Assembly (NCBI GenBank): GCA_001687465.1
Contig: LVLI01000295.1
Span: forward strand, 1-64,000
Source: Halocafeteria seosinensis
Taxonomy: Eukaryota
DNA length: 64,000 nucleotides
Direction of reading: 5' to 3'
In this document: piece by piece, positions 1 through 10,033 of the stretch
Layout: each line of letters starts with the position of its first letter
Position numbering within the stretch: position 1 is the first letter of the stretch
Program-made: the position numbers and the translations under genes
The notes under the pieces: generated by a model
Told to the model about the DNA's origin: nothing
Seen by the model: only the letters and a program-made list of their open reading frames with translations
The model's database searches: none

Positions 1-224
1 TCCTGAGCCGCCTTCCATCTGGCCTTTCCATCTTCATCCCCTTTGGGGAAGCTCCAATTGAGCTCGCCCTTCATTATTTGGTCAGTGAGCCAGCTCTGCT
101 GCTTCCGATTAGGTGCACACTCCTCCAAAGTAGACTCCTGAAGATCTACTCCTTGCCCCTGAAGATTTGAGATGAGGGAAGTACGAGTATCACGGCAAGG
201 GACGTAAGGGAGTTCCACTGTGGA
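1..224 (-). mobile_element. Fragment of a CRE-like non-LTR retrotransposon ORF (post-RT region), truncated by the window edge
   Basis: Open minus frame TVELPYVPCRD...RKQQSWLTDQI...KARWKAAQ parallels the KLQHHLT...KEAIAWVYAAP segment of the adjacent element. Nt 41-62 are also similar to 2408-2429. Confidence 0.55.
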
Positions 225-1358
225 GTGTGTGTATTGTACTTACTCTTACAAAGATTGAGGAAAAATGAAAGAATACCTAAAATTACTCTACAAGTGACCC
301 AAGATTCCCCAAGAAATGATCTATCATGTGCACATTCTCGCGCATCAGACAAACCGAAATCTTGGCAGTCACCAATTTCCGAAAGTTCTTCCGTTTACCT
401 ACACACGCCAGCCTCGTGACATGCAGTCTCGGCAACCGCTTCAATAACGCAACTGCACGAACTCCAAAGCCTCCAGTGGCCTTCACAGCGAAAGGAATGA
501 TCCCGGACTCCCTATAAACACGTTAGAGGAGTAATTCCCTATAACCACTTGAATATACAATTTATCTGTTAATGATCTCGCGACCATACTCCTTCAGATG
601 GGCATACTTCCTCAGTTTGGCATTCTCTGCTTGCTTGGCTGTCCACAACTACAACTTGGAACACGCTGATCTCACTAATCGATCGTCAGACAAGGGGCTT
701 GGGACCGTCACATCGATCAACCAATCACTGGTGTCCCCGTGAGCCACAATATCCATGACGCCACCTTCAACAGGGATGCTCCACATCAATGGGCTTGAGC
801 TCCCGAAGAGCACGCTGCAAGATTCTACAAATCGCGTGATGCCGCTTGGTTCTCAGAGCCGCCGATCCCTCCGCCGCACAACTCAGGGCATGATGAACGA
901 ATTACTTCATCCACACGACTATGTCCACAGCAATTCCCTACCTGACTCTTAAGCACAGCAGTTTGGGGCAGGCCAAGCAAGAGCCTTAGAGCTTTCGCGT
1001 ACTCGGTTGGGGTAAAAGTAAAACCTTTCCGCGGAGCTGCATAGACCCAAGCAATAGCCTCCTTGGCTGATGTGCACTTGAGGATCGACTTCAGGGAACC
1101 AGAAGCGTTCTCTGTCAGCTTGGAATGAAGTATGACCTGCCACTTAGCCGTGAGATGATGCTGCAGTTTCGGCGTATCCTTGTAGGACGCGAAACAAGCG
1201 TCCAGAGGCCCAATCAAACGGACCAATTCCTCTTGCACTGGACGCAACCAAACCGGTAACCACCGTCTCCGAACTGCCCCTGCTTTCACGTTCGCTCTGC
1301 GTACTATCATCCCTATGCGCCGCCTCCATTTCATCCGCGGGATTCTCATATACTGCCG
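225..1358 (-). mobile_element. Degenerate 5'-truncated CRE-like non-LTR retrotransposon with RLE endonuclease domain and 3' end
   Basis: Minus-strand frames give AWVYAAP...EYAKALRLLLGLP, then WLIDVTVPSP...AKQAENAKLRKY...IIPFAVKATGGFG...ALLKRL...ISVCLMREN, the motif order typical of CRE-clade RLE domains. Frameshifts and stops are present. It ends in a short 3' UTR and an ACACACAC tail near 225-232. Confidence 0.75.
503..570 (+). mobile_element. 68-bp extreme 3' fragment of a related retroelement, inserted antisense with a 7-bp target-site duplication
   Basis: Flanked by AATGATC at 496-502 and 571-577. The sequence matches 1740-1800. Removing it restores YGREIIPFAVKATGG in the host frame. Confidence 0.8.
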
Positions 1359-1910
1359 CTCCACAGTGGAACCACGGTCCACCCCCCTTTGTCAAATCCG
1401 ATATTTGCGCAAGCACAGTTCCAGGGGAGTTCCATTACCTCTGCTCCACCTGGAAGTGCCGCCATTTGCTGCAGTTGCTTGTAAGTCACTCCTGAGATNC
1501 CCGCCGATCCATCTACAGGGGCCGATGACAGAGCCGATTTCAACGAAAACATGGAGACTACTCTCTATAAACTCTCTAGGGGAGTAATTTTAGGGACTTT
1601 TCCTTATAACCACATGAATATACATTAAATAGGATGACCGGACGGTTCCGCAAGTCTGAGAGAAAGTCCAATCCTTCCCGTCCTATACCTTGGTTCCGTT
1701 TATCTCTATGATTCTACAGGGGAATACTTCGTGGGGGATCCGGACTCCCTTTAAACTCGTTAGGGGAGTATTTCCCTATAACCACATGAATATACAATAA
1801 TAATAATATCCATGACTGCTCCGGTGTCTTGCCTAAGGGTTTTTTGTTCGTCACCTCCGCTTTCGATTCGGTTGTCAACTCATAAAGCGGGTTACCGATG
1901 ACACTTTGGC
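1346..1910 (-). mobile_element. CRE-like pre-RT/RT N-terminal fragment, interrupted by the insertion at 1561-1806
   Basis: Joining across 1561-1806 gives the open frame QSVIGNPLYELTTESKAEVTNKKP...QSWIVSMFSLKSALSSAPVDGSAxISGVTYKQL...NIGFDKGGWTVVPL, which resembles non-LTR RT domain 0/1. Confidence 0.55.
1561..1806 (+). mobile_element. Two head-to-tail 3' fragments of the same retroelement family (about 1561-1630 and 1631-1806), ending in an (AAT)n tail
   Basis: Both carry GGGGAGTA...TTCC(C/T)TATAACCACATGAATATACA. The second encodes LVPFISMILQGN (compare ISVCLMREN) and ends ACAATAATAATAA. Confidence 0.7.
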
Positions 1911-2196
1911 GTGGATGTAGGTAGTAGTTACTCTATAAATACACATATCTCTACTTCCACGGTGTTGATCATGATGGCGCCCACGCTTGCACTTCCTCAG
2001 CATAGCTTGGTAGCCTAATTCGAATATACAACTACCCAAACAAACGAAAGCGTTTACTTAGAGGAATACTGAAACTATTATGCATTACAGTACAACAAAA
2101 ACAATCGTCAGTGTTGTATTACTATCTGGGGGTGTCTAAAAGACCAGTAACGGCGCCTGGTGGCGTCGTGTCGTCTACAGACGGACTTCTTCCAGA

Positions 2197-2277
2197 TGTA
2201 TATTAAGCAGGTTGTAGGAAAATGAATACCTAAAATTACTCTGCCAGTGACCCCATATTCCCCAAGAAGTGATCTCC
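2197..2277 (-). mobile_element. Short 3' fragment homologous to the 3' end of the element at 225-1358
   Basis: GAATACCTAAAATTACTCTGCCAGTGACCCCATATTCCCCAAGAAGTGATCT matches 271-321 and encodes DHFLGNMGSLAE* versus DHFLGNLGSLVE*. Confidence 0.75.
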
Positions 2278-2539
2278 TGCATAATAATGGAAAACATCAT
2301 GTCCTTCCGATCTATTGCTTCATTGGCCTTCCGTGTATTTATTGCTCACGAGGAACGTCCCTTCCGCAGTGTCATCCTGCCTCCATCACCATCAACGACC
2401 TGTTCTCCTTTGGGTAGCTCCCCATTGAGCAGACGATAATCATGGCAACACAATTACTGATTGACTAAGATTCCCAACAGGATATAATGAGCTCCCTCAT
2501 TCACCGTTCGAATCGCTGTTGCTCGTTGCTGGGCTGCAT

Positions 2540-3200
2540 TCCATGGTACCGGTCGTCTTCTGGATCTCGTCCGACGTCTTTCGATCCTGAACACGAGGAG
2601 AAATGGATGAGAGCGGCAACTTGTTACCGAAATACGACGGGAGGGTTTTTTTCTCTCTATGCATGAACAAAGAGTCATACACTACCGGTACCGGTATGCT
2701 ACGACATTGTACAACTTTGCGCCATACCTGTATTCAAGAAGACTCCTCGCTGAATTTGACTTCCTGTCAGCTGTTTATCACTTCTATAAAGATTCGTCTG
2801 ATTATTCTGGTATTGTTTTTGTATCAGAAAGGGTATACTACCGAAACCGAGAGCCAGACAACCAAATCCCAGCACCAGGGGCGCATTACTTTTGGTGGGA
2901 GTGCGTGGCGTGGGCGACATTTCGTTATACACGCATCAAATGATTCAAATACTGAAACTGTGTTCGTTAAGTATCGAGGATGATCGGAATACTGAGAGAT
3001 CACATATTGCTCTTCTTCAAAGCTATGCGTATCACTTGCCTGGTAATACACTCGAGACAAGTTGACTCTTGAGAGGGGCAAACTTCACAGGATGTACACA
3101 GTGGCGACTGAGTAGGTACTGTCAGTAGGTCGAAAATTAACTCACAACTTAGGGTGTGTCTTATCAGACCCAATAACATTGTCAATTCGAATATTTTTAC
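2540..3200 (+). pseudogene. Possible decayed Tc1/IS630-like transposase
   Basis: Frameshifted segments in Tc1 order: SGSRPTSFDPEHEEKWMR (GRPR-like), DYSGIVFVSE (FsDE-like), YFWWECVAW (vWGc-like) and GILRDHILLFF. The catalytic residues are not intact. Confidence 0.35.
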
Positions 3201-3379
3201 GACTCCGCATTGATAGTTGAGTTTCGAAATTACACATGCATAGTGGAGGTAGACGTCTCTAAGATCAGCAATGATGATATAAATCACTTGATGCGCCTCG
3301 GTATATTCGTATTTCGCACGTGGTAAAAGCGCCTTACAACTTTGCCCACAAGGATCAAAGCATGTGACCACGGAAGGAA

Positions 3380-5477
3380 CTAGTTACACTGCTGCAACTT
3401 GTCAAACCTATCGCATTCCTGCTGGAACTTTTTCAAAACTTTCAGATACGTTCTTTGCTTGCTTAGCAGATCATTCCGCGTTGATGCTGCATCGTCTTTT
3501 CTATGTCGCTTTAGATCACAATTCTCATGTTGTTCAGCTATCGATTCGTCTAAGCCATTTAATAGTGTTGCGCATCTTGATACAAACTCTTTCCGAGAGC
3601 TTTGGCTCTGCTGCATGGCCTGCGAAAACTGGGACGATATGCTCTCCAACAGAGAGTCTTCTTTTTGCAGGAAGTGGCGTTTCTCTATTAGCATATTGTA
3701 CACAGTATTGTGGCGCCTAAGTTCTTCCAGCTGAGCACCTAGCTGTTCGTACAATTCTACGAATCTGCGGCGGTATTGTAACAATTCCTGTCGAGATGGT
3801 ACGTCATCAAGTTTCCGCCGCAAGTGGTCGGCTTCCCGGTTTCGAGCAGCACACCGACGGCGGAGACGAGCGTATTTCCGCAAAGTACTTGAATACTTTT
3901 CCTGAGCAGCCGTAAGTTCCTGCTTCAATACTGACTCGGAATCCACAGATTCTCCAGCTTCTCGCTTTCCAATCTCGGAGTGCAAATTCTCCAGGATTCG
4001 CTTGCAGTTCGCTGAGAATGCTTCATACTCTCTGTTCAAACTTTCTTGTGATCTGAAAAGCGAGCAGAGTTTCAAAAAGTTGGGATTATTTCCGGTCTTT
4101 TCCACTATAGCGTTGGTATCCGAAACAAGCTGATCGTTACGGTTCATGGTATCTTGATGCTGTCCTTTCAGTTCTTCAAGATCAGCTGCTTTGGTATTTT
4201 TCGTTTCCTCCAGTGCCTCTATGCGCAGATTAGCGAGATTTAAGTTTGAATTCAAGTTGCGTATTTTTCTTTGAGATCCCATAAACTTGCCAATCTTTGA
4301 GTTAGCGAGAACATCTCCGCGATCCATGGCAGCTCTCAACTGGTCTTCCGATTCTTTATAGTTTGCGACACTCTGTTGCATCTCAGAGCTTTGCATGTCT
4401 AGCAAAGTACCTATTTTCTTTCCGCTCACTTTTCCAGCGCTCATACCCGAGTCACCTTGCTGCATTGACCCAAGCAATTGCTCGTTTCTCTTATCCATTT
4501 CCTCTTTTTGCTTAGCTGCTGCGGCAGAACTTTTCTTTTCTACCGCTGCAAGGTTTTTTTCAAAATCGCTGTTCGAATGCTTATGACCCGCTTGTTTACT
4601 TTGCCCGGAAGCGTTCAGGAAAGGCGAGCTCAACGCTCTCGGGTTTTCCCCATATTCGAGGAGACAAGCATCGTGAAGTCGTGACAACGATGTCCGTGTC
4701 TCCCAAGCTTTGGTGTTCCGTTTGTATTTTTTTGAGGGAAGATACGATTCAGCGAGTACACTGAAAAATTCGGCAGAGATCGTACCCGACTTCATTTGGA
4801 AATCTCGTGCAAACTCAAGCAGGGAAGCTTGACGACCGATGTGTCCAAGCTGCTGTCTGTTTTCAAGGACCTGCAAAATTTCGTGAATTTTGTATCTATG
4901 AGATATTTGAATATAGAGACATTGCACATCATTTTGAATTACTTTTGCAACAGTCCACTGCACGACAGGATAAACTGCGTTATAGTCTTTTCCCTGAATT
5001 TGATTCGCCTGGAGTGGGTGCGGGCAACCCATATTTCTTATCACTTCGATTACCCTTTCAGCCATTTTGCTGCAGTTTTTGTAGTGAATGGTGTTAAAAC
5101 AAGTTCAATGTTGACTTATCAATTGAATAGACGCACATTTTGTTCCCTAAGGACAATTCATCGTCGTAGAATATATCCACATCCACGTCGGAACCACTGT
5201 TTTGGATGCACCAGCACAATCCTCCGATCACCTGAGCAATAGAAGTGCAGTCTTTGAGGCATTCATCGTTTAGTCGGCAGCAGACACTCATGTTTTTTGG
5301 CTTTCGTCTTACCTTGTCAAACGCGTCGAGTTTTGGCACACGTGCTCGGAAGTAGCCAGCACCTTGGAGCAGGCCGAGAATATCATCCAGTTTCCTCTGC
5401 TGCAGCTCTTTCTCAGACGCCGACGTTTGATCGCCATGGCTTTGAAGAGCAGCGTTGGAGAGTAAACTTGTCGACAT
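3380..5477 (-). CDS. CCDC93: Coiled-coil domain-containing protein 93 (CCC/Commander complex), 3 introns
   Basis: LLQGAGYFRARV..LDAFDK-VIGGLCWCI, MGCPHPLQANQIQGKDY..YPVVQW and DDVPSRQELLQYRRRFVELY motifs. Introns include 5232-5312 and 4871-4942. Confidence 0.93.
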
Positions 5478-5896
5478 TCTCTTCTGAGGTGCTTATCGTG
5501 CACAACCCATCCAGAAGGACTAGCAATGCACAATCCACGCAATGGGGGCGACGAGAAAGAAAAATAGAAAATTAGCGAGTCTACAAGAACAACAAAAATT
5601 CTAGGTACATAGTGTCACCAGCACACATTGGAAACATTGGTAGCTAAGTTAACCTCCACGATGACTCAATCAGAGTGATTGAATCAGTGTTCCCCATCCT
5701 TGAAGCTGGTTTAGCTGGTTCACACGCCTGTCAACCCTAGAGACTCCTAGGCTAGAGTTCATTGCCCGCGTGGATTCAACTTGCAAGTTGCTGCACAATA
5801 TTGCAGCTCCACTTTGCCGAAGTTTTGTATTTCTTCTTTGCTTGTTGGTTGTGACAAAGAACTAAAACCATTTTCCCGTCTAAGGAATTCCAGGTG

Positions 5897-6874
5897 ATGT
5901 TGGGGGTACGTCAGCTGCAGCAATGGAGCCGAGTGGCTGGACGCTGTGGCGTTTTCCCTACGCAGTATGGGAGGACAATCGGAATGCCACCTTGTCATTT
6001 AGCCCGAAAATGCCCATCCGGACGAAGGGTATTCCATCGTTCATGTCAGAAACGCAAGGCTGAACAAGACAAGCCGAAGCAGGATACCTTAGACGATTCA
6101 CAGGGCTTTGAACACAGTACCCCTCAGCAGCAGTGGATGTGGCGAATAAGCTTAGGTGCTTTTATTGGTGCAACAACATATATAGCTTTTCGTTTTTGGC
6201 AAGACATATTCAGCTCAAAAGCGCAGAATCAAGCTCTGGAAGATGTTAAAAACATACCGCTGGTGAAGAGCAACCCAGTGGTGTACATGGACGTAGAAGC
6301 CGATGGGGAAGACTTGGGCAGAATTGTCATCCAACTACGGAGGGATGTAGTTCCCCGAACAACTGAAGTAAGTGTCTAGTTGACATGCAGCTATTTGATC
6401 CCATTCTTTATATGATATGTTTACAAATTGATGAACTCTTGATCTACCCAGAACTACCGAGCCTTGTTCACAAACGAGTTAGGATTCGGGCTTAAGGGCT
6501 GCCGCTTTCATATGCTGCTTCCTTCGAACTATGTAGTCACTGGTGATTTTGAAAATGGAGACGGGACTGGGGGACATTGCATATATAAAAATGACCAAGG
6601 CAAATTTGACTCTTTTGGTGCTGAAAACTTCAAATTGAAGCATCTTGGGCCTGGAATCGTTTCCAGTGTTGCTCCTGATAAGACGAGCCATTCTTCTCAT
6701 TTTATGATCACACTTAGTCGAGCTCCGCTACTTGATGGCAAATATGTTGCGTTTGGCAATGTGGTCGAGGGATTCGATGTGCTGGAGAAGCTCCAGCAGA
6801 AAGGTGATTGGAAGGGATTTCCGAAATCTGAAGTGCGGATCAAAGATTGCGGCGAACTGATCCTCTCAAACTAA
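5897..6874 (+). CDS. Cyclophilin-like protein with mitochondrial-type presequence and one transmembrane segment, 1 intron
   Basis: NPVVYMDV...LGRIVIQLRRDVVPRTTE-NYRAL, GDFENGDGTGG, ENFKLKHLGPG and LDGKYVAFGNVVEG. Intron at about 6368-6451. Arg-rich N-terminus, hydrophobic ISLGAFIGATTYIAF. Confidence 0.9.
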
Positions 6875-8290
6875 GAAGCGGTACATTTGTGAAAACCTTC
6901 CTTCAGCTTTCCCTTGTTCAATGACTTCCCAATAAATATGATAGCAGAGGATGGCCTGGCCGGGTGGAAGCGTTCGCCGCTGTCCCAGCACTCGAATGTG
7001 TCGTGGACACCTTGGAGTACCCATTTCGTTGTGCCGTTGCTTTTGTCTTCTCTCCCCTCTACTTTTTTCTCTTCGACCCAGAGCACCCCCTTAACCCTGA
7101 AGATTTTCTCCGCGGCATCGAGTTCATCAGTTTCCCAGAGAAGCTCACCGATCCACGGCATAAGTTTGTCATATACGAGGGGCCCAGTGTCAAGACGAAT
7201 ACATATGGATTGGATGTCTGCTACGTGGTTGTGACTGTGGTCCCCCTGTTCATGCTCAAGTGTTGCAAGAGATTTCTCTGCTGTTCGCGCTTCCAGCGTT
7301 CGCAATCCAAATATCTTCGACAACTCCACTTCGCCCTTCACCGTATCTATAGCCGTCGCCTGAGAATTGATATCTGTTACTTCCTGGCAGACCTTAGCCA
7401 AGTCCTTCTCATCTACCCTATCGCTCTTGTTCAGCAAGATTACGTCTGCGTATGCGATCTGCCGGAAAAAACACTCTCTTTGCTCTCCCATATCATTAGA
7501 CATCCACTTCGAAAAATTGTAGGAATCGATGACCGTAATAATCCCATCTGCGAAGCACATTAACGGCATCCTTGGGGATGCGGAGTTGCAACGCACGCAA
7601 CAACTTACCCAAGTACAACTCGCTACCGAGATCCGTGTCTACCCAAAAGAGACTAGCGACAGGACCTGTATACAGAGAGGAAAGCGCGTATTTACTTCCG
7701 AATGCAAGAAAAACCACAACAAAGTCGCTTTCTACCTGGATCGGCTAAGCCAGTGGTTTCGACGACAATTCTATCAAACTTTTTCCTGCAAAAGTACGAA
7801 GTATTCCTATAGCTATGCTATTTTACGAGCCAAATCATAAGGGTGACCTTACTTGTACCGAAGCATGTTCTCTAGTGTTGACACTAGATCTGCACATCCG
7901 GAGACACACATCACACCCACATCGCCAGGTCAAGTAATCATCTCAACGAACCATCTCGCACGGAGCAACAAATGCAGCCATTACTGAGCTCATAAAAATC
8001 TTTAAATCCGTCATCGTCTTCTTCAAGGGGGTCTGTTTTGGCTACAAGACTCTCAATGCCGATTTCTTCACCAAACTCTGAACAGGCATACGAATCCATG
8101 ATAGGATGCAGGAATAGAGTTACACAGAGATGAACAAAGAGCAGATGCACTTACCATTTTCAACGATGGCTATCCTTGAGCTTTTCTCGCTCTGTAAGAC
8201 ATGTTTGAGAAATGTTGTCTTTCCACTTCCCAAAGCACCGGTAACAACGGTGACGGGAACGAGGTCCTGTTTGGCGGTCTCTTCACTCAT
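6871..8290 (-). CDS. ZNG1: CobW/COG0523 zinc-regulated G3E GTPase (ZNG1/CBWD-like), several introns
   Basis: PVTVVTGALGSGKTT, IAIVENEFG, ELSNGCICCSVRD, DRIVVETTGLADPGP, QIAYADVILLNKSD, RVKG and LQGVH. Confidence 0.93.
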
Positions 8291-8639
8291 GTCAGACTGC
8301 GATGGTATGAACTTCGTAAAAAAAAAGTAGCCTTGTTGTAGCGCGAAGGCCCACTCCATGCGATTCTTCGAATCAATCTAACAAAGCCTATCACTCGCCA
8401 TTTCAATGTCTTCCTGGCTTTACCTTGGAGTTTGTGTGTGAAGTTCCGGTCTCCGGCGGACCGCGGTGGCGGATCATTCCATTGATTCATTTGTCTCTTA
8501 ATTGGTGGCATTGTGTGGATATGCTTTTCTAAATGCTTTCATGCTGTTGGACTGAGTTTACAGTGGGGAGGAAGATATCCTTGACTTGCACCTGTAACGA
8601 GTGTACTGTACTTGATGTATAGACTGTCTAAGGAAAACG

Positions 8640-9489
8640 ATGCCGCGATTTTACTGTGATTACTGCGACACTTTTCTTACTCACGATTCCGTATGTGTTT
8701 GTATATCAATGCTGAACTTGTATTCTGGGGTCTCATAACTGGTCTTTGGTTGTGTATTTGCACTTGTGGCGGCGCAGTTCGGCGGCAGGAAACAGCATAT
8801 GTACGGGTGGAAACATAGGGAGAATTACAAGAACTTTTACGAGCAGGTGAGGCATTATGATAACTTCACATTTCCCTACCGACAAAGATTTCGACTACTA
8901 GTTCTTCGTATTCTCGTGCAGTTTGTCGGTAGTTATTTACCGCCGCATCGTGTGCAAGAGCTACAAGTAGGTGATAGGGCATCAGAGTAGAACCGAAAAC
9001 CAGTGTAAATTTATGAGCGTTTGTACGTGCAGCAGCAACAACAACAGCAACAACAATATCCATCGTATGGAGAAGGTGCGCCATCGACTTCAGGTGGCTA
9101 CGCTCCGGGCTCCCATGGAATGTAAGTACTGGACACGCGCCATGCCTAAAAATATTCCTCCTCCACTCCAATGGACCTCTGTGTCTCGTCGCTCGTACAG
9201 GTATAACGGTGCTGCTGCTCCTCCTACCTCCTCTGCTCCTTCTAACACCGGATACGCCCCAGTTGCACCGACTGGTGGTCCGCCAACAGCCCCGCCTAAT
9301 TTTCCAGGGCCCCCACCTGGCATGCCAGCACCTCCTCCCGGATTCCCTGCTCCACCTCCAGGAATGGCTCCCCCACAGGCTCCTCCACAACAACCTCCTC
9401 AAAGTGGTGCTGGTGCTTCCCAGCAGCCGCCTCAATACTATGCACCTGCACCCCAGCAATATTCGGGTGCTTCATCTCAAAGCTACTAA
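8640..9489 (+). CDS. SNRPC: U1 snRNP protein C, 4 introns
   Basis: [33 protein letters not shown] zinc finger and a Pro-rich C-terminus. Introns start at 8691, 8848, 8967 and 9122. Confidence 0.93.
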
Positions 9490-10033
9490 CCACTTGAGCA
9501 GGCATTGCATAGATGTCACAAATTATCCGCACTGAACTGAGCGGTTATCTCTATTGTGCTCAAACAACTCTTACCGTTGTGTTGGCAGTATACACATTAC
9601 AAACGGAAATCTGAACTACCGATCTCATGGGTCCGTTGGTCATACGTATGCGGCAGTCGTAATCGCTTAGTCTTGTTTGTAAGCGCGAGAAATACACCCA
9701 CTATTCAGTCAGCTTCTGGAGTAGCACAATACCACATCAAACAGAGGTCATGGGTAGTTGTGTTAGCATGCGAGATGCACGCTCGGCGTCAGGCTGGCGC
9801 TGTGATGCACCCTGTGAAGGTTAGCTGGTTCAGCTCCAGTCTGTACACTGCCAGAACTACATAAAATTTTGGCAGGTATGTTGTAGTATACAGAAATTAA
9901 TATGCTACAACAAATACTCTACGGGTCGTTCTGGATCAGGTTAGGTTACAGACTTTCCTCGGTCAACGTATTAGTACGTGCGCCGAGCTCGCATTTACTG
10001 CATCGCCAAGTTAGAGAGAGCCACAGTAAGATT

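Noticed and set aside
1632..1680. Possible hammerhead-like ribozyme (AGGAT..GGAC...CTGAGAGAAA GTCC.ATCCT)
   Set aside because: There is no room for stem II between the CTGA and GAAA motifs, and the segment fits the coding end of the inserted element.
500..1810. Recurrent TATAACCAC.TGAATATACA motif as a CRISPR-like repeat
   Set aside because: Spacing is irregular, copies are divergent, there are no cas genes and the context is eukaryotic. Retroelement 3' ends explain it.
8866..9459. Long antisense ORFs over U1C and other genes (for example 17551-18195, 26924-27448)
   Set aside because: These are shadow frames of low-complexity or codon-biased coding sequence with no independent motifs.
5711..9832. 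TTAGCTGGTTCA shared by two upstream regions
   Set aside because: Many 12-mer matches are expected by chance in 64 kb.
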